DNA of 64,000 bases from Setoptus koraiensis (taxonomy: Eukaryota > Animalia > Arthropoda): positions 1,364,001 through 1,428,000 of the forward strand of contig CM106586.1 in assembly GCA_048013815.1 (NCBI GenBank), written 5' to 3'. The stretch's first letter is position 1. Each line of letters begins with the position of its first letter. The notes under the pieces were generated by a model that saw only the letters and a list, made by a program, of their open reading frames with translations, did no database searches and was not told the DNA's origin. Below are positions 26,424 to 38,256 of the stretch, in pieces. The translations under genes and the position numbers were made by a program.

Positions 26424-27204
26424 ATGAAGGAACATCTGAAGGAATATTTTCCAGAAAGATTCGAGCAAACAGACTCTAGTTTATTGAGTAAATACCTATC
26501 TTTCGGCAAACATGTATCTATTAACAAAGACAAGTGTGAGCACACGGTATCCCAACTTTTCAATGAATCTGGAGAAACAAAGCTTCTGGTTGGCGCAATG
26601 AGAAAGTATGGTTGCAGTTTCAATTTAGCTAGGCACATATCATGCGAAGATTGTGACCCAAGATGTCAGGGTGGATATGATCCCGACACAAATCAAATTG
26701 TTGTCTGTAGCAATCATGTTAGACTGAAGGCACAAGTACTATCGACATTAGTTCATGAAATGATACACATGTTAGATTATTGTAGGGCTAAAATGGACTT
26801 TAACAAGTTGGAACACATAGCATGCAGTGAGGTTAGTTCAATCAAATAGACATAAGTCATCTTATTAGCTGCACGCAAACTAATGTGGTAACACTTTGTT
26901 TTTTTATTAGATTAGGGCAGCGAATCTAACTTACTGCTCTTTCATGGATAAGATCAAGCTAGGTAACTACGGCATGTTTCATGTAAAAGAAACTCACAAA
27001 ATTTGCGTCAAGGATGCAGCCTATGCATCTACAAAAGGATACAGTCCCAGTTCCACAGATGAAGAAGTTTGGGGTGCAATTGAACGAGTATTCGATGGAT
27101 GCTACAATGACATGGAACCATTTGGTAGAAGGCCTAATAATAGAAGTCAAGAATTTAGGCAGGCCTACAGAGAGAGATACTTTTATGGTTATGTGGATAA
27201 TTGA
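26424..27204 (+). CDS. ATP23: Mitochondrial inner-membrane protease ATP23 (exons 26424-26831 and 26911-27204)
   Basis: HISCEDCD...GGYDP...QIVVC.N, HEXXH (HEMIH), DYCRAKMDF..LEHIACSE|IRAANL. 79-bp GT-AG intron joins the two ORFs in frame. Confidence 0.92.
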
Positions 27205-27387
27205 AGGCTGTGCAACAGTGCTCAAAAAACGAACTTTGTCAAAAATATGATAAGTTCCATTATATGTAGGTTTATATATTAAATTAGCAGAAAGATATAT
27301 TCATAGTATATTTTAGGTTCGTTAACCTTGGTTTGTCAACATGTCTGCGCCCAAAGAATCCATCTTTTCCTCGCAAATATTCAAGTC

Positions 27388-27859
27388 TCAGTTCCCAATG
27401 GAATGATAAATCTTTCCTTTTCTCTGGGTGCAATTAAACTTACAGGCCATGGGATAACTGTCACAACTGGGACAAAACGAGTTAGCAAGATAAGTTAGCA
27501 GTGAGTTTCATATCACAGTGAGTCAATACAATTTTTGCTTACCTGCACATTTTGCCTCCCTCGGCCGGATTAGTTCGACACAATATTACACAAAATTCTC
27601 CTTTAGTGGCATACTCTGACGAGTTTATATGATTGCTATTATTTTCTTGTAGTTTTCTATTAAACTTGTGCTCCATTATTGCAGCTTCAGGGTTATTCAA
27701 TGTAGTTGTTCGCAATTCTTCTTGTTTTTGACCTGTTCTAATACTAGTAGTTATATCTGTCGGCATGCAATATATTGTATTCCGAGAATCCAGAACAAAT
27801 AGGATGGTGATTGATGTGATCCACACAATGAGTCTATGTCTGTGAAACATGATCCGCAT
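27388..27859 (-). CDS. Small putatively secreted Cys-containing protein, neuropeptide-like precursor (exons 27859-27543 and 27466-27388)
   Basis: Hydrophobic N-terminus (LIVWITSITILFVL). A 76-bp GTAAGC..CCCAG intron gives EFCVILCRTNPAEGGKMCSCDSYPMA. The 3' end is uncertain because a second GTAAGT donor lies at 27443. Confidence 0.6.
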
Positions 27860-28866
27860 ATATAATGGTTTCCCTCGACCGAACTGTGTAAGAATTGTTG
27901 AATCTTTAATACCTAGAATAGCAAGATTGGTTGTTTCACTTTTTAGTTAACCTGTACGCTTTGTTAATATCAAAAGTTTCGGCACTTTTTCTCAGCACAT
28001 ACAAACTATTCAATCTACCGAAATCGATTGCTTTTATTTTTGTATAGTTGATTAAATAGCAAAATCAGAAATCGAGTGTGATATCTTGTTTATATATTGG
28101 AGAACAATTGGCTGACAATTAGATAACCAACGCAAAGCCATCAATCAATGATCTCTATCATCAGATTGTGCGGGTACATATAGAGACCAACTTGTTGTGG
28201 GCGATATTAGATTCCTCCCTAATGCTTCATATCATCGGTACTCTTTTTCAACCTTAGATAATTCTGAATTCTGATAATCTAATATTTCCTTTAACCGATC
28301 TAATCAGGCTAGAAACAAATTTCTGCTCTTTCGGACACCGACCTCAAATCCAATCCTGATGCCACTCTCACGAGCAGGCCGAACTCTTCTCCTCTCAAAT
28401 CATAGAAATCAAATAGTTTATGCCAAACTCAGATCCTTTGATAGCGAAACGAGCTCAAGTAGATAATGTTCCAAGGTAGATATAACATCAACTGGAAATT
28501 CACTTGGCATTTGAAACAAATTGATGCATATTCATGCGACAGACGCATATTCAAAGTCGCTCACCTTTATCTGAATACTATGATTTAGATTGTTCACAAC
28601 AAAAGACGATATAAGCTCGGCCTAAAGCCGCTCATTCAAGATGGTGTAACATGTGATTTCAGTATTCCGATCAGTATTTTATAAAAAGGCATAGATATTT
28701 TTGAGAGAAGTCAGACAAAGGTCTTTCTGAAAATTGTATTTCAGTATATAGAATCTGAGTGACAAGTGAGATCCTAGAGGTGAGGTGAGCAGTTTTTGCG
28801 TGATTGAATATAGGAATCAATAGAATAATACGGTCATGGTAGTAACTAACTCCAGAATAAGACGTC

Positions 28867-29714
28867 TTACAGTTCTTGCTGATGTCCATCGGCAACCGTG
28901 CAAGGTCCGCATCGAGATATGTTTGATCCAAAATTTCTGCAGTATTGACCGACACATTCACAACATCCATCGTAGAACCACCTATAGGCACTAGCACCTA
29001 TTGTTTTGCAAGCGTCATGGCATTTGAAGATCTCCAATGAACATTTAAAATATGCCACTGTACATATCAAGGGGGGTATAACAGTATCGGTGCTATTACT
29101 TGGACTAATGGTTGTTCCATTTTGATTAATATCTGTACGACCAGACTCGGAGTCGGGCAACGGATCAAAGTTTGTCTTCGGAGCTGTTACTGGTTCATGA
29201 TATTCTTGCCATCTATTCAGGCTGTCTGGCAAACTAGTTAGAGTTTCGAACAATTCGGGATTCGCCTCATCTATAACATCAACTGATGATGATCCCCATT
29301 CAGTGTCGTTCTCAGGTGGTTGTGGACAAATCTCTATATAGGTCGCAGATAGTAATAGGAGGATGGAGATGATTGTAATGAATGAAAGTATAAGTTTCCG
29401 CTGTTGAACACATATCATACATATCACCATAGAAAAAGACATCTAAACAGAATTCATGATTACTTCAAAGTATGCCTTCGCTTACCTACGCATGAACAGC
29501 AATCGTTATAAAAGTTTTCTGTAAGGCATTGGCCGCATTCTTCATAACAAGTGTTGTTTATATTCACGCATCTACATGCTCCTATAAGTTGGCACTTTGA
29601 CACTATCGGGCCGCAGATAGATTTGACGCAAGCAGAGGCTGGAGCTAGTGTGTAATAGATCGTCGATGCGATACATAAAGATATCAATAAATATGTGGTT
29701 GTTAACTGTACCAT
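28867..29714 (-). CDS. tsg: Twisted gastrulation / crossveinless BMP-binding protein, 231 aa (exons 29714-29486 and 29333-28867)
   Basis: Signal peptide, CVKSICGPIVSKCQLIGACRC...CCSCV|EICP, PELFETLT and CTVAY...C...C..IGASAYRWFYDGCCECVG.YC.NFG.N.SRC match Tsg family cysteine patterns. Confidence 0.92.
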
Positions 29715-30871
29715 AGTGTGTAGTTATCAATTACTGATTTGGAAATAATACATTGCTCAACAGATGATGCATGAATTTGTAGAGATGGTAACGAGTGACT
29801 CATTTTCGGACTGACATCCACGTTGGTAAACATTTGATAAATTTACTACCAACTGTGTGGGGGTAAATTAGATTTCTTTCCTTGCACGTAGTGTACAGAG
29901 GTCTTGTTTCTTCTTTCTTTTCCCCACTGGAAATGCTTTCGACACGAACTGTTCATATACGCATGCAGAACTTTGTGCGATTTTTCTAATGCATTTACAC
30001 CGGTTTACGAAAAAACCCAATAGGGCGGCGCTACTCAGATTTCTATGCACAGTCGATCACGAGGAGTATACATGTGTACAGTGCATACAGGTGTATATGT
30101 GTAGCAAACTTGCAAATAAGCAAGACGCCCCCTTGCGTCGATACGGGCGTACGCATACCGTCTTTGGAGCACGCTAGAGCAACCAAACAAAAAAAGAAAA
30201 TGTTTGATGAAACAGTCTGCCCTCGGCTGCACATTTTTTTGGGCGATGCCAGCGCCTCTGGCGAATCATTTCGAGACTAGATGCGAGTTTATTGGTAAAA
30301 GAGCACACAGTACTGTAGTGCTTGATGGTTACAGTGATAAGATTGAACCATGAAGGCGCTTTTTTAATTGATCAGCGAAAATCCGCGAGGGCGGCGCTCG
30401 CGTTCTCTTTTTAGTACCACGAGTGTCGCTCGTTAGGCAGATGTATTTGATGTTGACAAGGCAATCATCTGCAAAATCAAGCAAGCAATGAACCTAGTTA
30501 GCGTGCAGCAAAAAAAAGAACGGTTGAAACATTTAATGTAGCACCCCAGGTTCCAACTGTGTATTTTTATGGCGTTACGAGCGCCCCTAGCGGTTTTTGC
30601 AGAAGTCGCTTTGAAGGGATTAGGAAAACCTCAGTGCGTTCACACAATGGCGGCTGCGCATGTGAGCGTAAAAATTCATGTATTTTCTTTTTCTTTTACA
30701 CTGATAATTTGTTTACTTGCATCATACTGTACATGCATAGGTAAGCAAACAGCGGACAGATTTATGCTTGTTTGTACACTTAAAATAGTCTCCGTGATAT
30801 CACCTCAATTATTATTATCAACATTAATATTATTAAAATCAATTATTATCCAAAATATCTATTTGATAAAA

Positions 30872-32170
30872 ATGAATAGTGCACCCGAATGGCAAGATGG
30901 GGAATGTTGTTTTAGATGTCGTACAGAGTTTACCATTGTAGCCCGTAAACATCACTGTAGGAATTGTGGCGATGTGTTTTGTGCAAAATGTTCATCAAAA
31001 CAAATGCCTATCCCCAAATTTGGAATAGACAAGAGTGTAAGAGTTTGTGATGACTGTTATGAAAAATTGACTCCCCAGGACGGTAACAATGAGCCCTCTG
31101 TAGCTAATAATGGACGCCCTACAAATATTCCAGCTTCGGATTCGATATCTACCACCTCGTCTGCCACCATTGGTTCTACAACTACTGCTAAAACAACTAA
31201 AACGCCTGCTAATGCCAGCGCTCCATCAGAGCAAGAATTAAAAGAGGAAGAAGAATTTCAACTGGCACTCGCACTCTCTTTAAGTGAAACTGAAGCACCT
31301 GATACATCAATGGCCCTAGTTGAAAAGCCCTCTCCTCCCATAGCCATTGAATCAACGACCCCTCTCGTGGATAAATCACAAACGGTTGCTGATCCACCGT
31401 CACCTGAGCAAGAAGACAAGGAACTATTTAGATTTGTGGCTGAACTTCAGTCAAATGCTGAAGTATTTGTTAATAGAATTAATTCAAACAAATTACGCGG
31501 ACGTCCAATAGCCAACGATACAGCCATACAATCCAAGTTCTTACTCCTCACAGAGATGCACTCTAAACTCTTGAACTACATAAAAGACCATGATACACAG
31601 CGTGCCTTCTACGAAGGCCTTCAAGACAAACTAACCCAAATTCATGATGCCCGGGCTGCCTTAGACGCACTCCGCGAGGAACATCAAGAGAGGATTCGAC
31701 TTGCTGCCGAGGAGGCTGAGAGAAATCGGCAGAATCAATTAGCACATAAGTTGGAGTTGATGCGCCAGAAGAAATCACAGATGCTACAATACCAAAGAGA
31801 CATGGCTATGCAGCGAATACAAGAGCAAGAGATGGAGTTCATGATGCGTCAAGATAAAAATAAATACACATCACTCACTTGGCAAAATCAGAACATGCCA
31901 GAAATTAACAATCCTGGTCCTCACCAGGTTCCACCACAAGCAGCAATACAAACGTCGACACAAGCAGCAATACAACCACCATTACAGACAACAGCAATAC
32001 AACCGCCATTACAGACAGCAGCAATACAACCACCATTACAGACAGCAGCACAACTACCATCACAAACAACAATACAATCAACAGCGCAGCTACCTCCGGG
32101 CCTGAATCAAACACAGATATCACCTCCTGCAATAGTGGATGAAGCACCATTGATATCGTTCGATGACTAA
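30872..32170 (+). CDS. Hrs: Hrs/Vps27 (ESCRT-0) homolog: FYVE, UIM, helical region and clathrin box, but no VHS domain
   Basis: APEWQDGECCFRCR.EF....RKHHCRNCG.VFC..CS (FYVE), EEEEFQLALALSLSE (UIM), FVNRINSNKLRGRPIANDTAIQS.F..LTEMH..LL (Hrs helical), C-terminal LISFDD. ATG at 30872 preferred to the GTG-extended ORF at 30569. Confidence 0.9.
   Translation: MNSAPEWQDGECCFRCRTEFTIVARKHHCRNCGDVFCAKCSSKQMPIPKFGIDKSVRVCDDCYEKLTPQDGNNEPSVANNGRPTNIPASDSISTTSSATIGSTTTAKTTKTPANASAPSEQELKEEEEFQLALALSLSETEAPDTSMALVEKPSPPIAIESTTPLVDKSQTVADPPSPEQEDKELFRFVAELQSNAEVFVNRINSNKLRGRPIANDTAIQSKFLLLTEMHSKLLNYIKDHDTQRAFYEGLQDKLTQIHDARAALDALREEHQERIRLAAEEAERNRQNQLAHKLELMRQKKSQMLQYQRDMAMQRIQEQEMEFMMRQDKNKYTSLTWQNQNMPEINNPGPHQVPPQAAIQTSTQAAIQPPLQTTAIQPPLQTAAIQPPLQTAAQLPSQTTIQSTAQLPPGLNQTQISPPAIVDEAPLISFDD
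31967..32047 (+). repeat. 27-bp coding minisatellite x3 (AIQPPLQT[T/A]) in the Hrs tail, with degenerate flanking units
   Basis: Units start at 31967, 31994 and 32021. Confidence 0.9.
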
Positions 32171-33140
32171 TCGTGAACAACAACTAATAGACGAGTATTT
32201 ATTTGCAACTGATTTCATCGATAGTGCAACTTATGTGTCGCTTGTTATATGCAGATTCACAAAAAGACTGTCTACTTGCTTCTCTTCATCTACCTTAACA
32301 ATTCAAGAGGCTCAAGAAATGCATATTCTTAAAGCTGTGACATTCCAATCGAAGCGCCTTGATTGCTAGTAATTTTGTTAAGATTCCCCCACAATAAATT
32401 CTGTCTCAACATGCGGCTCTGTCACGTTTCGACCAGCAACAGCGGTCTTACTCACTGAAATTGTAGTTGGTAATCAGGTCCAAGGGCTATATAGATATTT
32501 GTTAATGAGATTACTTAAATGCTTTCCATTTCGCGAAGCGAGTGCGATAAACATTATTTTTGGAATAACAATACTGACTACATTTCTCAACACATGTTGC
32601 GCCAATTTTCTACTTCACGAAGGCTTGTTCAAAGAATTCGGTGAAACTTGTTAATGCCATTAAAAATATAGCAACCACAGTGAGTTTATGTCTAGCTTAC
32701 TCCTATTTGTAAGAATCATTCATAATTGTCAGTATATGCACAGACTCAACGTGAACTCGCGATACTCATTTCTTCTGTCAATATCTCATGTTTTAATGTG
32801 TCAAAAATGTGTGACCATCTAATGGTGATAGGCCCTGTGGAATGGAGAATAGATAAATTCAATTTTAGAAAGCTCAGAGCTGCATAAGCCCATTCAAAAC
32901 TCAGATGTTAACAGCAATTTAAGCATTTGTTAATAAATCTAGTAGAGATATTCTATTAAAACAGTAAATCAAACACGATTAATATCATTCGATACACAAG
33001 ACGCGAGTTGACAAGAATTAGGTTTCACTTAATTTCATTAATGGTATAATACATACACATGTATAGACTTATATGTATATGCCGCTTGGTATATTACTTG
33101 GTAGAATCAACAACAATATTGCTCACTTAACCTTCTTTAT

Positions 33141-34439
33141 CTATTCATTTGTTGATTTACAATATAAATCTTTTAGTGATTTCAATTCATCAATCAATGC
33201 CTTATTCTGGTTCTCCAAAACTGAGACGCGATTTTCTAAACGCTTAATGTATTCCTTTTTTTTCCGCCGGCATTCTTTCGCGGCCTCTCGATTCTTCAAC
33301 AAACGCATCTCTCGTTTTTTAGACGCGTCCTCTCCCACATGAGAATGATGATGCGTTTGATGTGCGTGAGGGTGCTGATGATGAGCAGCAGTTTGATGGT
33401 GATGGTGATGATGGTGATGTTGCTGTTCTTGATCCTGTTGTTGTTGCTGGTGGTGATGGTGTAGGTTATTGTGTATTGCAACATTTGTCGCTAGAGACCC
33501 AGTTGTTTGGGACTGGTTTTTAATATTATTCATCTGTGCCTGAAGATGATGGTGATTAGGCGTTGTAGCGTCTAAGATTAGGCCAGATTGTTGATTATTA
33601 TTTAAGCTGGTTTGACCTCCTGCCATTCCGCTAACCTGATTCAATTGTTGTGGTTGTTGCTGTTGATGCAATGCAGTAGACAGAGTTGGTGTGCTAGGTG
33701 TACGACTCTGGTAGGATTGGAGATCGGCAGTTGTGGCAGGCATATAGTATTGTCCTGCCTCCGTGGCTTGATGAGCTGCATATGGGACTAAACCAGGATT
33801 AGTCATAGCCAAAGCGGCTTGCATATTACGATTTGCAGCCACTAATTCAACAGAGGGATTTGTCACACTTAACCTAGAGAAACCTTGACTTGTATTTAAT
33901 ATACCAGTACTATTTAGATTTGTAGTATTCTGATTGTTTGTGCTGTTAGTATCAGTGCTCCGACTGTCTCCGTCATCCGTTGTTGAATTTGGCGTCGACG
34001 GATTCCCTTCAAGCAATTGTTGTTGAGGTTGCTGCTGTTGTTGTGAAGACACAACTGAGGTTAACTGATGTGAAAGTTGTGCCTCGTTAGCATTGTTAAT
34101 TAGTGATGATGAAGTTGTCAAATGATGATTATTAGGTGACTTCAAAGAACCACTTCCGCCGCCGCCGCCACCACCGCCACCAGCATCTGATTGATTATTG
34201 GGTGGGTCTAGCTGCGCCGTCGGTACCGCTCCGCCCGATATATGATTGAAAATTTTCATATAAGATGGCCGCCTAACATACTCCCGTCTATCGTTTGGAT
34301 TATGTGGATGATGATGATTTGAATGGTGATGCGGTTGTGGTTGTGGCTGAAGAAGCGCGTGTTGTTGTATTAGGTTGTTCAGTTGATGATCATGATGGTG
34401 ATGATGATCAACTTTTGAATCAGCTACTAGCTGCATCAT
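33141..34439 (-). CDS. CREB: CREB/CREM/ATF1-family bZIP transcription factor, 432 aa, intronless
   Basis: KID motif RREYVRRPSYMKIF. C-terminal bZIP KKREMRLLKNREAAKECRRKKKEYIKRLENRVSVLENQNKALIDELKSLKDLYC. Confidence 0.93.
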   Translation of the reverse strand: MMQLVADSKVDHHHHHDHQLNNLIQQHALLQPQPQPHHHSNHHHPHNPNDRREYVRRPSYMKIFNHISGGAVPTAQLDPPNNQSDAGGGGGGGGGSGSLKSPNNHHLTTSSSLINNANEAQLSHQLTSVVSSQQQQQPQQQLLEGNPSTPNSTTDDGDSRSTDTNSTNNQNTTNLNSTGILNTSQGFSRLSVTNPSVELVAANRNMQAALAMTNPGLVPYAAHQATEAGQYYMPATTADLQSYQSRTPSTPTLSTALHQQQQPQQLNQVSGMAGGQTSLNNNQQSGLILDATTPNHHHLQAQMNNIKNQSQTTGSLATNVAIHNNLHHHHQQQQQDQEQQHHHHHHHHQTAAHHQHPHAHQTHHHSHVGEDASKKREMRLLKNREAAKECRRKKKEYIKRLENRVSVLENQNKALIDELKSLKDLYCKSTNE

Positions 34440-35623
34440 TGAGTTTATTTATAGCATAAAATATATTGAGTTGTAATTTTAGAATTGATAGATTTTTGTT
34501 CGATGAGTCTCAAATGTTAATAAATGATAATTATTGAATTGAATTCCAGTTGCAGTTTGAGTCCAGGTAACAATTTGACAATTTTTATAATCATTGGAGA
34601 TTAATTTGATCATTTAAGTACATTTATCATTTAATCAAATATGTCCAAGAGAAAATGATTCGACGATGCATATTATTGTTATATATGGAATGGATGATAT
34701 TGAATATATAAATATTCAGACATACGTCGATTTGATTATATTTAGATAATGCAGCAATATCGGATCCGCTCTTGTTGTTGTTGATTCAATTCGTTAGGCG
34801 GAAGATTCGATAGAATGATGCAGATGTCGAACATTTGATGGATCGTTCGATGATGAAGTTTTATAATAGTTGATGTTATAATATCGATGTTATTTCATGA
34901 ATTAGTTGGAAAAAATTCATTCATCGACGTTAATTATGTGTACGTGTAGTTTTGAATATTGTTTGTTTTCAGAATAATTAATTGCCGGTAAAATATGTCG
35001 TGTTAATCGTGTTTAATTATTGAACATCCAAAGAGAGTATGGACAACATGCGATCAAATTGTCATAAATTTGATTCAATCCAGTTTTTTTGCAATCATTT
35101 GTTGGGTATACTTAAGGGAATGGATGCACCAAATGAAAGTTTTAAGTCGATATAATATAGGTGATAATATTTAAAATTATTAATAATAATAATATCAACA
35201 ATTAGTAACACACATTAAAATATCATATTGATTGATTGATGGCGATCGTGGTGTACATGTGACGCGATGGGTATGATGGGGTTAAGGATAATTGTTAGTA
35301 GATAGTAGCAATGAATTGATAGTGGATATAGAAAGGATTGATGAGACGAAATAACAAGTGGCATTGATTGGTGACAAATGTATTCGATGTATCAGTGTAA
35401 TGTGTGTGCGTTATTTGCAGCAACGAGTAGGACGTGAGTGCAATGATATATGCGGATATATTAAAAGAAGAGAGATGGTTGTAGATGGATATAGACGGAT
35501 GTTTTTTCATGAGTGAGTGTGTTGTTTGTTAGTTGTTGTGTTGTTATTGCAGATATTTTTGTCAGCAACAAGTGCGGTAGTTTGCGACGATATTATCATT
35601 AGTTATTAAAGTTAGTATTGTAT

Positions 35624-35628
<5 letters not shown>

Positions 35629-35683
<55 letters not shown>
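35629..35683. repeat. (TG)n microsatellite
   Basis: Read directly. Confidence 0.92.
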
Positions 35684-35685
<2 letters not shown>

Positions 35686-36859
35686 ATATGAGTGTGTGTA
35701 GTATGGTGTGTGTGTTGGTTGGTTGTAATATTTTGACAGTGGCAAGGCAACGCATCAGTGTGCAGTATCGAGTGAAGGCAGGATAAGTGATAAGTGTTGG
35801 CAAAATGTAGGCACCGTATATTTGTAACATCAGTATGTGTATGTGTGTAATTTGATGTTATTATCAGTTTCAGTGGTTGTTGTTGTTGTTGTTGAGGTGG
35901 TGATAGAACGACGCATTAGATGATAATGAGAAACAATCCGACAATCACGGTGGAATTTTCACATTGGTTTGATTCAGTTTGGTTAAGTTATTATTATTGT
36001 CGTTGAGCTTGTCGAATTGTATTGCATTTCATTTAGTTGAGTTAATTTGATTGCAGTTCATTTTAGTATAGTTTCAATTAGTTTGCTTTGGTGACGATAA
36101 TTGTTGTTTTTGTTGTCAGGAGCGCGTAGATCAATTATCAAACAATAAATTTTCACATATATCTCTCATCGAATCATCATCGTTTGGGGGGTATTGATGA
36201 TAATAGTTAGATTAGTGTTGATAACATCAGTGTGCCAAGATAACAATGATTACAATTACATTTGTTGATGAATGATATTATTATTGATGTTATTGATTTA
36301 ATAATAGTAGCTTGACAATTAGCGATTGTAAGAAGATTGATGATGGCAACAGATCAATGATCAGGATGTGGATCATCAGATAGAACAACGGAGGTATGCG
36401 GGAGTCGAACGATTTCATTGATTTTAATCAGTTCGAGGCATTCATTTGGATTTTCGGGGCGATTTCCACATAATGATTCAAGTCAATTAGTTTCAAGTAG
36501 ATCCAAATTAAAATTCACAAATCATTGGTCATCGTAAAACCATTTATACAATAGTCGGATAACACAGCAGTGAGTAGAATTTAAGCATCGTTGTTCGATA
36601 TGTTATGATGATATAGTTCGATCAGTGATGGAATTCGTTCCGGTTTGAAAGTGTGCGCATATAGAGCACACAGCCCAATCGGTTTAGTTCGATTTCAGTT
36701 TGTAGAATTGATAGTTTTGTCACAGTTCGTGTGTGTGTGTGTGTGTGTGTCAGCAAGAGCGAATGAATGCGTGTGCGCGTGCGTAAGTGTTTACGTCGTA
36801 CGTGTTGTTGTTGTTGTTGTTGTTGTTCGAAAGGTTAACGAGCGCTCGTTAGGACGAGA

Positions 36860-36871
36860 CAAGATGGCGGC
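36860..36871 (+). promoter_or_regulatory. YY1/Pho-type motif CAAGATGGCGGC about 2.4 kb upstream of the CREB start codon
   Basis: 12/12 match to the known YY1 consensus, next to microsatellite-rich promoter-like sequence. Confidence 0.4.
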
Positions 36872-38256
36872 GTGTGATGGAGAGAGTAGTCAATGAAATT
36901 AGTAGTTTTTCTTTTCTATTATTTTTGTCTTTGTGGTATTATTGATTGTTTAATTCGGGAATACTGAGTGTATATGATTTAAAATATTACTACTGCTACT
37001 ACTTCTACTGCTACTAGAACGACGACAACAATTAATCAAAATAGTGTAAAGTATCAACATTGCTGGCTGGATCAAATAGATTAGGCTGATCGAGGTGAAG
37101 GGATTAGCTAAAAGTGAGAGTGCAAAAGAGAGGAGACGAAAGTTCTGGGAAGAGAGCTCAGTGGCGCATAATTCGATTATTGCAAATTAAAATTAAAAAT
37201 TCGAATCCTCTCGTTCTATTGCCATCACAACGTTTCAGATTCTCGTTTTGCTATAAAACTCGTTGCTCGCAGCTCGTTCCTAGTTGCAACTTGTGTGTGT
37301 GTGTCTGTGTGTTTAGACTCTTCAGCATACATACAGCATGTAGCTAAACAGCAGTAAATAAAGACTCCACTGAGACGAATTTAATTCTATACTTAGCCCA
37401 CCCTTTCTCTCTCACACAGTCACTACAGAGTACTACTACCTATGTTGTTCTTTGCGTTTTTCGTCGCTATTGCCACCATGGATCGATCTCTCAAGGACAA
37501 CACAACAGCAACCTTTCATTTAACTGCTTGCTGTTGTTAGTAGTAATAGCAGTAGTAGTAGTTGTTGTTGTAGCAGTAGTAGTAGTGGTAGTAGTAGTGG
37601 TAGCAGTCACCTTTAGCTGGTTGGTGGAATATAAATGATGAATACGAATAGTAAATAGTACTGAATGAAAACAAGTTTTGTATACTTTGTACTTACATTA
37701 GATTCACTGGATTAAATGTTTGTGCCTTTGAAGTGTAAGGTATTCTCACTGAAAGATAGATTCTTTTTTGTTTGTCTATCTGTTTGTTTGACGACTGCCG
37801 ATGGATTTCTTATAAGGGGCTAACAAGCTTATCATATCATCAAGAAGATCGTTCGGTCAAAAATCATTTAAATTGTAAATCTATCCGATATCTGGTCTGT
37901 TAGAGATGTGTTATTGATACAATTAATCCAAATGTTGGTGCAATAATATTCTAGTTACTAAATGCAACTGCTGAAGCTTGTCTTACGCAAGGCTTTATTT
38001 GCGCGTGATTGCTGATGAAAATAATATAATAATGATGATTCTCTTGTTTGTGTATATTGGTTCTTATCGTTTGCTTAGTCCTATTTTTTACACCGCGTAT
38101 ATCTTTCCACCAATCTTTTCAATGCTCCAAAAATAACAGTTAAATCAATGATCAATCAATCGTAATAGTAATGCGCTAAAGCAAAAGGTAAGTCAAAGCG
38201 TAATAAGGCCTTAAAAGCGTCACATATGTTTCCTTTTCCTCGCTATTTTGCTCTCT

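Noticed and set aside
28140-28560. Coding-like minus-strand fragments between tsg and the peptide gene
   Set aside because: Multiple stops and frame changes, with no recognisable parent gene.
30569-30871. 101-aa hydrophobic extension of the Hrs ORF
   Set aside because: GTG start, AT-rich intron/UTR-like sequence with internal donor sites, and no VHS similarity.
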